A stretch of 64,000 nucleotides of DNA from Malacoraja senta (taxonomy: Eukaryota). Position 1 is the first letter of the stretch. Every line of letters starts with the position of its first letter. Location: assembly GCA_038087875.1 (NCBI GenBank), contig CM075993.1, forward strand, positions 11,038,001-11,102,000, read 5' to 3'. The translations under genes and the position numbers were made by a program. A model generated the notes under the pieces. That model did not search any database. It was not told the origin of the DNA and was given only the letters and a program-made list of their open reading frames with translations. Shown piece by piece: positions 1 to 10,640 of the stretch.

Positions 1-120
1 ACCATGATGGAGAAGGTGAGAACAGACTCTACGATGGCCGTGTAGAATTGGACCATCATTGCCTGTGACAGATTGTGCTTCCTCAGCTGCCGTAGGAAGT
101 ACATCCTCTGTTGTGCCTTT
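1..120 (-). mobile_element. Rex1/Babar-type LINE RT C-terminal fragment
   Basis: Minus-strand translation KAQQRMYFLRQLRKHNLSQAMMVQFYTAIVESVLT matches the QRLYFLR..L motif of the other Rex1-type copies in the window. Confidence 0.65.
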
Positions 121-280
121 TGGAAGTGGGAGAGTCACAAAGAAGGGGCCATAACTGCAACATAAGGGCCTGGTCATTAAAAGCAGAGGTTCGGAGAAAA
201 TTTGTCTGTCAATGGACAGTGTATCTCTGGGGTTGTCTGAGTCCAAAGGTGGTAGAAGTTGAGGCTAGCATAGATCAGCT

Positions 281-545
281 GGTGGCACGGTGGCACAGTG
301 GTGGAGTTGCTGCCTCACAGCGCCAGAAACCCGGTTTCGATCGGAGTTTGTACGTTCTCCCCGTGACCGCGTGGGTTTTCTCTGAGTGCTCCGGTTTCCT
401 GCAGGGAGATAGGCTTTTGTGAAAATTGTAAATTGTCCCTAATGTGTAGGATAGTACTCATGTACGGGGATCGCTGGTCGGCATGGACTCGGTGGACCGA
501 AGGGCCTGTGTGCTTGCTGTATCTCTGAAGTCTAAAGTCTAAAAT
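281..545 (+). mobile_element. tRNA-derived V-SINE (HE1-like), partial
   Basis: GGCACGGTGGCACAGTGG head, GAGTTTGTACGTTCTCCCCGTG core, GGACCGAAGGGCCTG tail and short tandem 3' end, shared with many copies in the window. Confidence 0.8.
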
Positions 546-997
546 CAGCTATAATTATATTGATGGTGGGGCAGGTTTGTGGGGCCGAGTGGTCTACTCC
601 TGCTTCTATTTCCTTGTCTTCTTGTGAAGATCAATCTTCAAAACTTTCCGAAGAAGGACCTCAACCAAAAAAATCCATATCCTCCAGAGATGTTGCCTGG
701 CCCTATCAGTTACTCCAGCACTGTGTTCTTCTAAAAGCACTTGATAGATTTGCCAAACAGGACTTAATTTTCATAAAACCATGTTTACTCAGCCAGATTT
801 TCTAAATGCCTTATTATGCCTTAATGGACGGAGTCCAGCATTTTGCAGATGTCAGGCTAATTCCTCTGTGTTAGGTCTGCTGTCTCCCTGCACCACTTCA
901 CCCAGAGGCCTGGGATACAGACAATCAGGACTGGAATGGTCTTGTTTGAACCCTGTAATTTCTCTTGTAAAGAATAATAATGAACTTCATATAGCCT

Positions 998-1070
998 GCC
1001 GAAATAGCTCAGTTGGGAGAGCGTTAGACTGAAGATCTAAAGGTCCCTGGTTCAATCCCGGGTTTCGGCA
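998..1070 (+). tRNA. tRNA-Phe (GAA)
   Basis: 73 nt GCCGAAATAGCTCAGTTGGGAGAGCGTTAGACTGAAGATCTAAAGGTCCCTGGTTCAATCCCGGGTTTCGGCA. Vertebrate tRNA-Phe sequence with intact cloverleaf and A/B boxes; TTTT at 1091-1094 is a possible Pol III terminator. Confidence 0.97.
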
Positions 1071-2180
1071 TTGGTGGGGGAAATCATGTATTTTACAACC
1101 ACATGTGTTTTCAAATACATTTTGGACTGGAGCATGGATAGGAAAAGATTACAGGGATATGGGCCAAACGCAGACAGATGGGACCAAAGATGGTAGTAGG
1201 TCTTTGGGTGGGACTAGTGTAGATGGGGCAACTTGGATGGCATGGGCAAGTTGGGCCGAATGGCCATGTTGTATGACTCTATAACTCTATAACTATTCTG
1301 TCATTTGATCATCGATTCCTCCCTACTTTTACCACATCTATTGTCTTCTGCAGAGAGGACAAGTATTTGTTCAAAGCCTCAGCCGGATCTATATCTTGTA
1401 TTTTAATTTCTCCCTCATTACATCTTGTCTCCCCATAGTTACTTTTCCAATCTCTTCATTATTACACAATTTTCGACAATATAATTCTCTTAGCCTTTGA
1501 TAAATTTTGCTCATTCACGGTCAGAATTATCTTTACCTTTGCATAAGAATGAACGAATGATACTTCATTGTCACAAGTGACAAGTCACAGTGATATTCTT
1601 TGCCAACCAAGTTCATAAGTTATAGGAGCAGATTTAGGCCATTTGGCCCATCAGGTCTACTCAACTTCAATCATATCCTTCCCTCAACCCCACTCTCCTG
1701 CCTTCTCCCCATAAGCTCTGACAATCAAGAATCTGCCAATCTCTTTAAAAAACACCCATTGACTTACCCAAGGTCTCCACAGCCTCTGAAGCAATGGATT
1801 CCACAGATTCACCACCCCCTGACTAAAGAAATTCCTCCCAAACTCCTTTCTAATGTTACATCCTTTTATTCTGAGGCTGTGGCCTCTGGTCCAAGACTCT
1901 CCCACTAGTGGAAACATTCTCTCCAGATCCACTCTATCATTAGACAATAGACAATAGGTGCAGGAGTAGGCCATTCGGCCCTTCGAGCCAGCACCGCCAT
2001 TCAATGTGATCCAAGTCTTTCACTATTTGGTAAGTCCCCCCCTCATACATCTAAATTCCAGCGAGAACAGGCCCAGTGCCATCAAAACTCATCATTCGTT
2101 AACCCAATCGTTACTGGGATCATTCTCTTTTGTAGGTTATTTATTGCTGTTTCTTATGCAATTCGGAATTTTGAAATCCG

Positions 2181-2205
2181 TACAGTAAAACTTCAGTAAT
2201 CTGAT
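2181..2205 (+). mobile_element. Possible degenerate Tigger/pogo-type terminus
   Basis: TA followed by CAGTAAAACTTCAGTAATCTG resembles Tigger-type ends; no partner end found. Confidence 0.25.
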
Positions 2206-2439
2206 ATCCTCGGTAGAGATGGGACCTCCAGACAAATGGAATTCTAGACTATTGGATGTTACTCCCATTAGTTTTTTGATTTTAGTTTACTTCATTTATT
2301 GTCACATGTACCGAGGTACAGTGAAAAGCTTTTGTTACGTGCCAACCAGACAGCGGAAAGACAATACATGATTACAATTGAACCGTCCACAGTGTACGGG
2401 ATACATGATAAAGGGAATAACGTGAATAACGTTTAATAA

Positions 2440-4677
2440 ACAATAGACAATAGGTGCAGGAGTAGGCCATTCGGCCCTTCGAGCCAGCACCGCTATTCAA
2501 TGTGATCATGGCTGATCATCCCCAATCAGTACCCCGTTCCTGCCTTCTCCCCATATCCCCTGACTCCGCTATCTTTAAGAGCCCTATCTAGCTCTCTCTT
2601 GAAAGTATCCAGAGAACCGGCCTCCACCACCCGCTGAGGCGGAGAATTCCACAGACTCACCACTCTCTGTGAGAAAAAGTGTTTCCTCGTCTCCGTTCTA
2701 AATGGCTTACCCCTTATTCTTAAACTGTGGCCACTGGTTCTGGACTCCCCCAACATCGGGAACATGTTTCCTGCCTCTAGCGTTTCCAAACCCTTAATAA
2801 TCTTATATGTTTCAACGAGATTCCCTCTCATCCTTCTAAATTCCAGAGTATAAAGCCCAGCTGCTCCATTCTCTCAGCATAGGACAGTCGCGCCATACCG
2901 GGAATTAACCTTGTAAACCTACGCTGCACTCCCTCAATAGCAAGTATGTCCTTCCTCAAATTAGGGGACCAAAACTGCACACAATACTCCAGGTGTGGTC
3001 TCACTAGGGCCCTGTACAACTGCAGAAGGACCTCTTTGCTCATATACTCAACTCCTCTTGTTATGAAGGCCAACATGCCATACGCTTTCTTCACTGCCTG
3101 CTGTACCTGCATACTTAATTTCATAGACTGATGAACAAGGACCCCCAGATCCCATTGTACTTCCCCTTTCCCCAACTTGACACCATTTAGATAATAATCT
3201 GTCTTCCTGTTTTTGCTACCAAAGTGGATAATCTCACATTTATCCACATTAAACTGCATCTGCCATGCATCTGCCCACTCACCCAACCTGTCCAAGTCAC
3301 CCTTCATTCTCATAGCATCCTCCTCACAGTTCACACTGTCACCCAGCTTTGTGTCATCTGCAAATTTACTTTGAATCCCTTCATCTAAATCATTAATGTA
3401 TATTGTAAATCGCTGAGATCCCATCCTTGCGGTACCCCACTAGTCACTGCCTACCATTCTGAAAGGGACCCGTTAATCCCTACTCTTTGTTTCCTGTCTG
3501 CCAACCAATTTACTATCCATGTCAGCACTCTACCCCCAATACCCTGTGCCCTAATTTTGCCCACTAATCTCCTCTGTAGAACCTTATCAAAGCTTTCTGA
3601 AAGTCCAGGTACACTACATCCACTGGCTCTCCCTTGCCCATTTTCCTAGTTATATCCTCAAAAAAGCCCAGAAGATTAGTTAAGCATGATTTCCCCTTCG
3701 TAAATCCATGCTGACTCGGACCGATCCTGTTACTGCTATCCAAATGTGCCGCTATTTCATCTTTTATGATTGACTCCAGCATCTTCCCCACCACCGATGT
3801 CAGGCTAACTGGTCTACAATTCCCTGTTTTCTCTCTGCCGCTCTTCTTAAAAAGTGGGATAACATTAGCTACCCTCCAATCCACCGGAACTGATCCCGAG
3901 TCTATAGAACATTGGAAAATTATCACCAAATACATCCACGATTTCTAGAGCCACTTCCTTAAGTACCCTGGGATGCAGACTATATGCAGACCATCAGGCC
4001 CTGGGGATTTATCAGCCTTCAGTCCCATCAGTCTACCCGACACCATTTCCTGCCTAATGTGGATTTCCTTCAGTTCCTCCGTCATCCCAGATCCTCTGGC
4101 CACTACTATATCAGGAAGATTGTTTGTGTCCTCCTTAGTGAAGACGGATCCAAAGTACCTGTTCAACTCATCTGCCATTTCCTTGTTCCCCATAATAAAT
4201 TCATGTTTTTCGGTCTTCAAGGGTGCAACTTTGGTCTTAACTAATTGTTTCCTCTTCACATACCTAAAGAAGCTTTTACTATCCTCCTTTATAATCTTGG
4301 CTAGCTTACCTTCGTACCTCATCTTTTCTCTCCGTATTGCCTGTTGTTCTTTAAACATTACCCAATCCTCTTGCTTCCCGCTCATCTTTGCTACGTTGTA
4401 CTTCTTCTCTTTTATTTTTATACTGTCCCTGACGTCCCTTGTCAGCCACGGTCGCCCCTTACTCCCCTTGGAATCTTTCTTCCTCTTTGGAATGAACTGA
4501 TCCTGCACCTTCTGTATTATTCCCAGAAACACTTGCCATTGTTGTTCCACTATCATCCCTGCTAGTGTATCTTTCCAGTCAACTTTGGCCAGCTCCTCCC
4601 TCATGGCTCCATAGTCCTCTTTATTCAACTGTAACACTGACACCTCCGATCTACCCTTCTCCCTCTCCAATTGTAGA
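2440..4677 (-). mobile_element. CR1 (HER1-like) LINE, 5'-truncated, frameshifted ORF2
   Basis: ORF pieces 3945-4706, 3564-3935, 2828-3424 and 2526-2831 contain KSPGPDG, PVSLTS, QHGF, VVYLDFQKA, FADD and RPHLEYC; (CTATTGT)n tail at about 2440. Confidence 0.93.
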
Positions 4678-4700
4678 GCTACTAAAATATCCCCTGATTT

Positions 4701-4942
4701 AGTCAAGTCAAGTCACATTTATTTATATAGCACATTTAAAAAACAACTCTCGTTGGCCAAAGTGCTTTACATTTGTTATAAGAATAATATAAACAAACAA
4801 ACTACATACATATATACATATAGCCCTTGCTCAGAGGACGTCAAGAAAGGCTTGGGAGTATAGATACGTTTTTAGTCTTGACTTAAAGGAGTCGATGGAG
4901 GGGGCAGTTCTGATGGGAGGGGGATGCTGTTCCATAGTCTAG
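4701..4942 (-). mobile_element. L2-type LINE 3' end
   Basis: Plus strand reads (AAGTC)n then TTTATTTATATAGCACATT...AAAGTGCTTTAC, the inverted form of a fish-type L2 3' end. Confidence 0.55.
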
Positions 4943-5795
4943 GACAAAGGACAAAGGACATTTATTGTCACGTACACCAATTGGTGCAGTGAAATTTGAC
5001 TTGCCAATGCAGCACACAAATAAAGAAAACATTGAAGAATTTAACAATAAACATAAAAACATCCCCCCACAATGGTTCCCACTGTGGGGGAAGGCAGCAA
5101 AGTCCAGTCCCCATCCCCAGTTCACCCATAGTCGGGGCCTATTGAGGCCTCTGCAGTCGCCGATACGGCAGCCCGATGTTTCAGGCCCTCTCGCCAGATG
5201 ATGGAATTCTGGCGTCGGGTGAACACTCTCAGCGGCCCGGAGTGTCTGGAGCGGCCGCCTCCTCCCAGGAGACCACGGCTCCCGAAGTCCATGAGCCGCG
5301 CTGGTCGGTGCTCCGACTCTGGCGACCTCGTCGTGAGATCCCAGGCTCCGCGGTGTTTAAAGCTCAGCGCCGCCCGCGGCTGGAAGCTCCACAGACCGCA
5401 GACCGCAGACCGCAGCTCCGCGATGTTGGAGCCGGCGGTCACAGCTCTCCGGAGCTTGCTGCACGGCGACCCGGGTTAGGCATCGCCCGCTCCACGATGG
5501 TACTTCAGCGCTGTGCCGCCGCCGAAGCTGAAGTCCTGGCCGGTCCCGGCAGGAAAACGCCGCTCCAGTCTGCCCGTAGGCCGCGAGGAAGGGGCGAAGA
5601 TACGGCTCGGAGAAAAGCCGCATCTCCGACCAGGTAGGGATGAGAAAATAGTTTCCCCCTTTCCCCCCCCCCACCCCCCACATAAAAAGACTAAAAGACC
5701 TCCAAAACAAATACTTTTAATTAACTAAAAATTAAAAAAAGGGTGAAAAGATTAACAGCTCCTGGCAGGGCAGCCATACTCGACGGCGCCCCAGG
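4942..5795 (-). mobile_element. GC-rich non-autonomous retroelement with Rex1-like 3' tail
   Basis: Minus-strand 3' end AATTTCACTGCACC...GTGACAATAAA plus (TGTCCTT)n resembles the Rex1 tails here; head is homologous to 6167-6770. Confidence 0.55.
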
Positions 5796-6166
5796 TGGAA
5801 ATAGGAGCTTAGATTAATCAAAAGTCCTTAGTTTAATCAAAAGACATCAGGAAGGAATACTCATTGAAGCTAGGAGCTGCAGTTGCTGCTTTACAAAAGA
5901 AGACACAAAGTGCTGGAGTAGCTCAACGGGTCAGGCAGCATCTCTGGAGCACATGGATATGAGCCATGTGCAGGAAGGAACTGCAGATGCTGGTTTACAC
6001 CGAAGATAGACACAAAATGCTGGAGTAACTCAGCGGGTCAGGCAGTATCTCTGGAGAAAAGGGTAACAATTTGGGTCGAGACCCTTCTTCAGACTGAGAG
6101 TCAGGGGAAAGGGAAATGAGAGATATAGATGGTGATAGAGAGAAATAGAAACAAATGAATGAAACG

Positions 6167-6770
6167 GGGAAGCCGCACGATGGCTGCCTCGCCAACGATC
6201 TGTCTCCGTCTTTTTCATTCTTTGTGTTTTTAGATTGTTGTAAAATGCATGTTTTCGCTTATCTTTAGTTTTTGTATTTGTGGGGGGTGGGGGAAACCTT
6301 TTTTGATCTCTTTCCTCGATGGAGATGCGACGTTTTCCGTGACGTATCTCCGTCTGCACTGCGGCCTAACATTGTGGAGTTGGCGGCCTCTTGCTGGGAC
6401 TTCTAGAGCTCCAACCTGCGGGAGCTGCGGACTTTAACATCGTTAAGCTCACGGTCCCTGGTTAGGGACCGATTTCGGGGACTCCAAGCCGCAGGAGCCC
6501 AGACTGCCCCGAAGCGGGAGCCCGATCGCCGACTGCGGATAGTTTGACCCCCTTGACCGCGGGAGGAAAGGAGGAAAGAAGATAAGACTTTATTGCTTCC
6601 ATCACAGTGGGGAATGTGGAGGAGCCACTGTGGTGGATGTTTATGTCAAATATTTATGTAGTTGTGTGTCTTGTTGCTTTTTGGGATGACTGTATGGCAA
6701 ACCAAATTCCTCGTATGTTGCAAAACACACTTGAAATTATGATTATGATCATATTATTATGATTATTATG
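6167..6770 (+). mobile_element. GC-rich non-autonomous retroelement, (ATTATG)n tail
   Basis: Shares ATGGCTGCC..GCCA and GGAGATGCG..TTTT..CCG..CGTATCT blocks with 4942-5795; its 3' part recurs at about 51480-51660. Confidence 0.55.
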
Positions 6771-6794
6771 AAAAAGTTCCGATGATCAAGGTAA

Positions 6795-7795
6795 TGGAGG
6801 CCTGTGACTAGTGGTGTGCCTCAGGGTTCGGTGCTGGGCCCGTTACTGTTTGTCATCTACATCAATGATTTGGATGTGAACATACAGGGCAAGATTAGCA
6901 AGTTTGCTGATGATGCAAAAGTTATGGTTTTGCAGAGAGTGAAGATGGTTGTGAAAGATTGCAGCAGGATCTGGATCGATTGGCCAGGTGGGCGGAGGAA
7001 TGGTTGATGGAATTTAATACAGAGAAGTGTGAGGTGTTGCATTTTGGGACGTCGAACAAGGGCAGGACCTACACAGTAAATGGTAGGCTTCTGGGTGGTG
7101 TTGTAGAGCAGAGGGATCTAGGAGTACAGGTGCATGGTTCCAAGGTCGAGTTGCAGGTAGATAAGGTGGTCAAAAAGGCTTTTGGCACTTTGGCCTTCAT
7201 CAGTCAGTATTGAGTATAGAAGTTGGGATGTCATCTTGCAGTTGTATAAGACGTTGGTGAGACCGCATTTAGTTCTGGGCACCATGTTATAGGAAAGATA
7301 CTTGAAAGGGTTCAGAAAAGATTTGCGGGATGTTGCCAGGACTATAGGGTGTCAGCTATAGGGAGAGGTTGAGTAAGCTGGGTCTCTATTCCATGGAGCG
7401 CAGGAGGAAGAGGGGAGATCTTATAGAGGTATACAAAATCATGAGAGGAATAGATCGGGTAGATGCACAGTCTTTTGCCCAGAGGAATCGAGGACCAGAG
7501 GACATAGTTTCAAGGTCAAGGGGAAAAGATTTAATAGGAATCCGAGGGGTAACTTTTTCACACAAAGTGTGGTGGGTGTATGGAACAAGCTGCCAGAGGA
7601 GGTAGTTGAGGCTGGGACTAGCCCATCATTTAAGAAACAATTAGACAGGTGCATGGATAGGACAGGTTTGGAGGGATATGGACCAAGCGCAGGCAAGTGA
7701 GACTAGTGTAGCTGGGACATTGTTGGCCGGTGTGGGTAAGTTGGGCCGAAGGGCCTGTTTTCACATTGTATAATTCTATGACTATGACTCTATGT
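6795..7795 (+). mobile_element. CR1 LINE 3' portion (degenerate)
   Basis: [27 protein letters not shown] and downstream CR1 C-terminal motifs; (CTATGA)n tail. Confidence 0.88.
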
Positions 7796-7834
7796 AAGGT
7801 GGAGCCCACAATAGTCCATTGTTGGCAGTGGTCT

Positions 7835-8128
7835 AGGTTTAATTTAGTTTGGAGATACAGCACAGTAACAGGCCCTTCGACCAGCGATCCCTGCACACTA
7901 ACACTATCCTACACACACTTGGGACAATTTACACTTATACCAAGCCAATTAACCTACAAACCTGCACCTCTTTGGAGTGTGGGAGGAAACCAAAGATCTC
8001 GGAGAAAACCCCACGCAGTCACGGGGAGAACGTACAAATCCTGTACAGACAACACCTGTAGTCGGGATCGAACCCTGGTGTCTGACGGTGCAAGCACTGT
8101 AAGGCAGCAACTCTACCACTGTGACACC
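7835..8128 (-). mobile_element. HE1-like V-SINE
   Basis: Reverse complement of the SINE consensus seen at 61784-62100. Confidence 0.8.
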
Positions 8129-8589
8129 CTTGGTGATAACAAGTTATACAGACAATGAAACTCAACAGGACAACAGTGAAACTAGCACGATGACTAGGGT
8201 GGGGGAGGGACGAAGAGAGAGGGTTCTTGTAGTTTGCAAAATCAATATTGATACCAATAAATAAGCTGCCCAAGCGAACTACGAGATCCAGGGGCAACAG
8301 AGTTAGAATAAAGGGGAGGCCATTTAGGACTGAGGTGAGAAAAAACGTTTTCACCAAGAGAGTTGTGAATTTGTGGAATTCCCTGCCACAGAGGGCAGTG
8401 GAGGCCAAATCACTGGATGGATTTAAGAGAGAGTTAGATAGAGCTCTAGGGGATGGTGGAATCAAGGGATATGGGGAGAAGGCAGGCACGGGTTATTGAT
8501 TGGGGACGATCAGCCATGATCACAATGAATGGCGGTGCTGGCTCGAAGGGCCGAATGGCCTCCTGCACCTATTTTCTATGTTTCTATGC

Positions 8590-8925
8590 CATTCATCCAA
8601 TTTGCATTTAGCCTCACAATAACAATGGAGGAGGCCCAGGACAGAAAGGTCAGTGTGGGAATGGGAGGGGGAGTTAAAGTGTTTGGCAACTGGGAGATCG
8701 CGTAGGCCAAGGCGGACTGAGCGGAGGTGTTCAGCGAAACGATCGCCCAGTCTGCGCTTGGTCTCGCCGATGTATGAGAGTCCACACCTGCAACAGCTGA
8801 TACAGTAGATGAGGTTGGAGGAGGTGCAAGTGAACCTCTGTCCAACCTGAAAGGAATGTCGGGGTCCCTGGACAGAGTTGAGGGAGGAGGTACAGGGACA
8901 GGTGATGCATCTCCTGCGGTTGCAG
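8590..8925 (-). mobile_element. Penelope-like GIY-YIG endonuclease fragment
   Basis: SSNLIYCISCCRCGLSYIGETKRRLGDRFAEHLRSV, homologous to the C-terminus of ORF 22900-24531. Confidence 0.85.
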
Positions 8926-9979
8926 TGAACAGGGACAGCGTGTGTCACATAGTGACCACTCTCTATGTTTTGACCCTCCCTGTTCTCTTTCTACCCTCCT
9001 CCTCTCCCACCTCAAGGAACTCTTGCTCTTTGTTAGCAGTGAGAGAGCAGGAGTTAGATATATTGCTGGGAGAGAGTGAGAGAGTGAGAGAGTGCAGGGA
9101 TCTGCAGGGTGCGAGGAGTTACTGAGCACATCATGGGCATAAGATCACTCGCTATGCAAGGCAGGGGCTGGGGGCTGGCAGAGGGGATGGCTGAGTCAGC
9201 ACAAAGCTTTTTTTCAAGCGCATAAATAAGCAGGGGGATTGCTGAGAATATGAGAGCATAACCACTGACAGAAGAAAATAGAGAGATCAGAAGATGAGTA
9301 TTAATCCCAGGAGATCTTTGTGCGATAGAGTTGTGGAATTGTATCACACAGAAACAGGCCCTTCCATCCATCATATCTGGGCCCTGTATACTAATATTAT
9401 GACTAATTTTACCCATTTATACCAATCCCAGCTGCTGCCGCACAGAACCGCTGGGGAACCAGGTTCGGTCCTGACCTCGGACGCTGTCTGTGTGGAGTTT
9501 GCACCTTCTCCCCGTGACTGCGTGGGTTTCTTCTGGGTGTTCTAGTTTCCTCCCACATCCCAAAGACGTGCGGGTTAGCAGCTGATTGGCCCTCTGTAAA
9601 TTGTCCCCTAGTGTGTAGGGAGTGGATGAGTAAGTGGGATAACATAGAATGGGGGTGAACGGATAGTTGCCTGGTGGGCCGAAGGGCCTGTTTCCATGCT
9701 GTATCTCTAAGCTAAACTAGACTGAACTAAACTAAACTGAACTAGACTAATTTGTCTACATTAGATTTGTATCCTTCTCTGCCTTGCCAATTCAAGTGTA
9801 TCTAACTGTCCCGTAAGTATTGCTAATGACTCTACCCTTTCCTCTAGTGTCAAGTGTCAAGTACACATCATCTCTGTGTTAAAAACTTTCCCCTTAAATT
9901 CCCCTGAATTCCCTTTCTCTCACCATGAACCTATGCCTTCTTGTTTTTGATACACCAACCATAGGAACAAGGTTCTGAC

Positions 9980-10640
9980 TATAGACAATAGACAATAGGT
10001 GCAGGAGTAGGCCATTTGGCCCTTCGAGCCAGCACCGCCATTCAATGGCTGATCATCCCCAATCAGTACCCCGTTCCTGCCTTCTCCCCATATCCCCTGA
10101 CTCCGCTATTTTTAAGAGCCCTATCTAGCTCTCTCTTGAAAGCATCCAGAGAACCCACCTCCACCACCCTCTGAGGCGGAGAATTCCACAGACTCACCAC
10201 TCTCTGTGAGAAAAAGTGTTTCCTCGTCTCCGTTCTAAATGGCTTACTCCTTATTCTTAAACTGTGCCCCTGGTTCTGGACTCCCCCAACATCGGGAACA
10301 TGTTTCCTGCCTCTAGCGTGTCCAAGCCCTTAACAATCTTATATGTTTCAATGAGATCCTCTCTCATCCTACTAAACTCCAGAGTGTACAAGCCCAGCTG
10401 CTCCATTCTCTCAGCATATGACAGTCCTGCCATCCCAGGAATTAACCTTGTAAACCTATGCTGCACTCCCTCAATAGCAAGAATGTCCTTCCTCAAATTA
10501 GGGGACCAAAATGGCACACAATACTCCAGGTGTGGTCTCACTAGGGCTCTGTACAACTGCAGAAGGACCGCTTTGCTCCTATATTCGATTCCTCTTGTTA
10601 TAAAGGCTTACATGCCATTTGCTTTCCTCACTGCCTGCTA
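9980..10640 (-). mobile_element. CR1 LINE 3' end
   Basis: YRALVRPHLEYC...FPMLGESRTRG; (CTATTGT)n tail. Confidence 0.9.

Noticed and set aside
5122..5728. Cluster of Arg/Pro/Ala-rich ORFs
   Set aside because: Stop-poor GC-rich repeat open in several frames on both strands.
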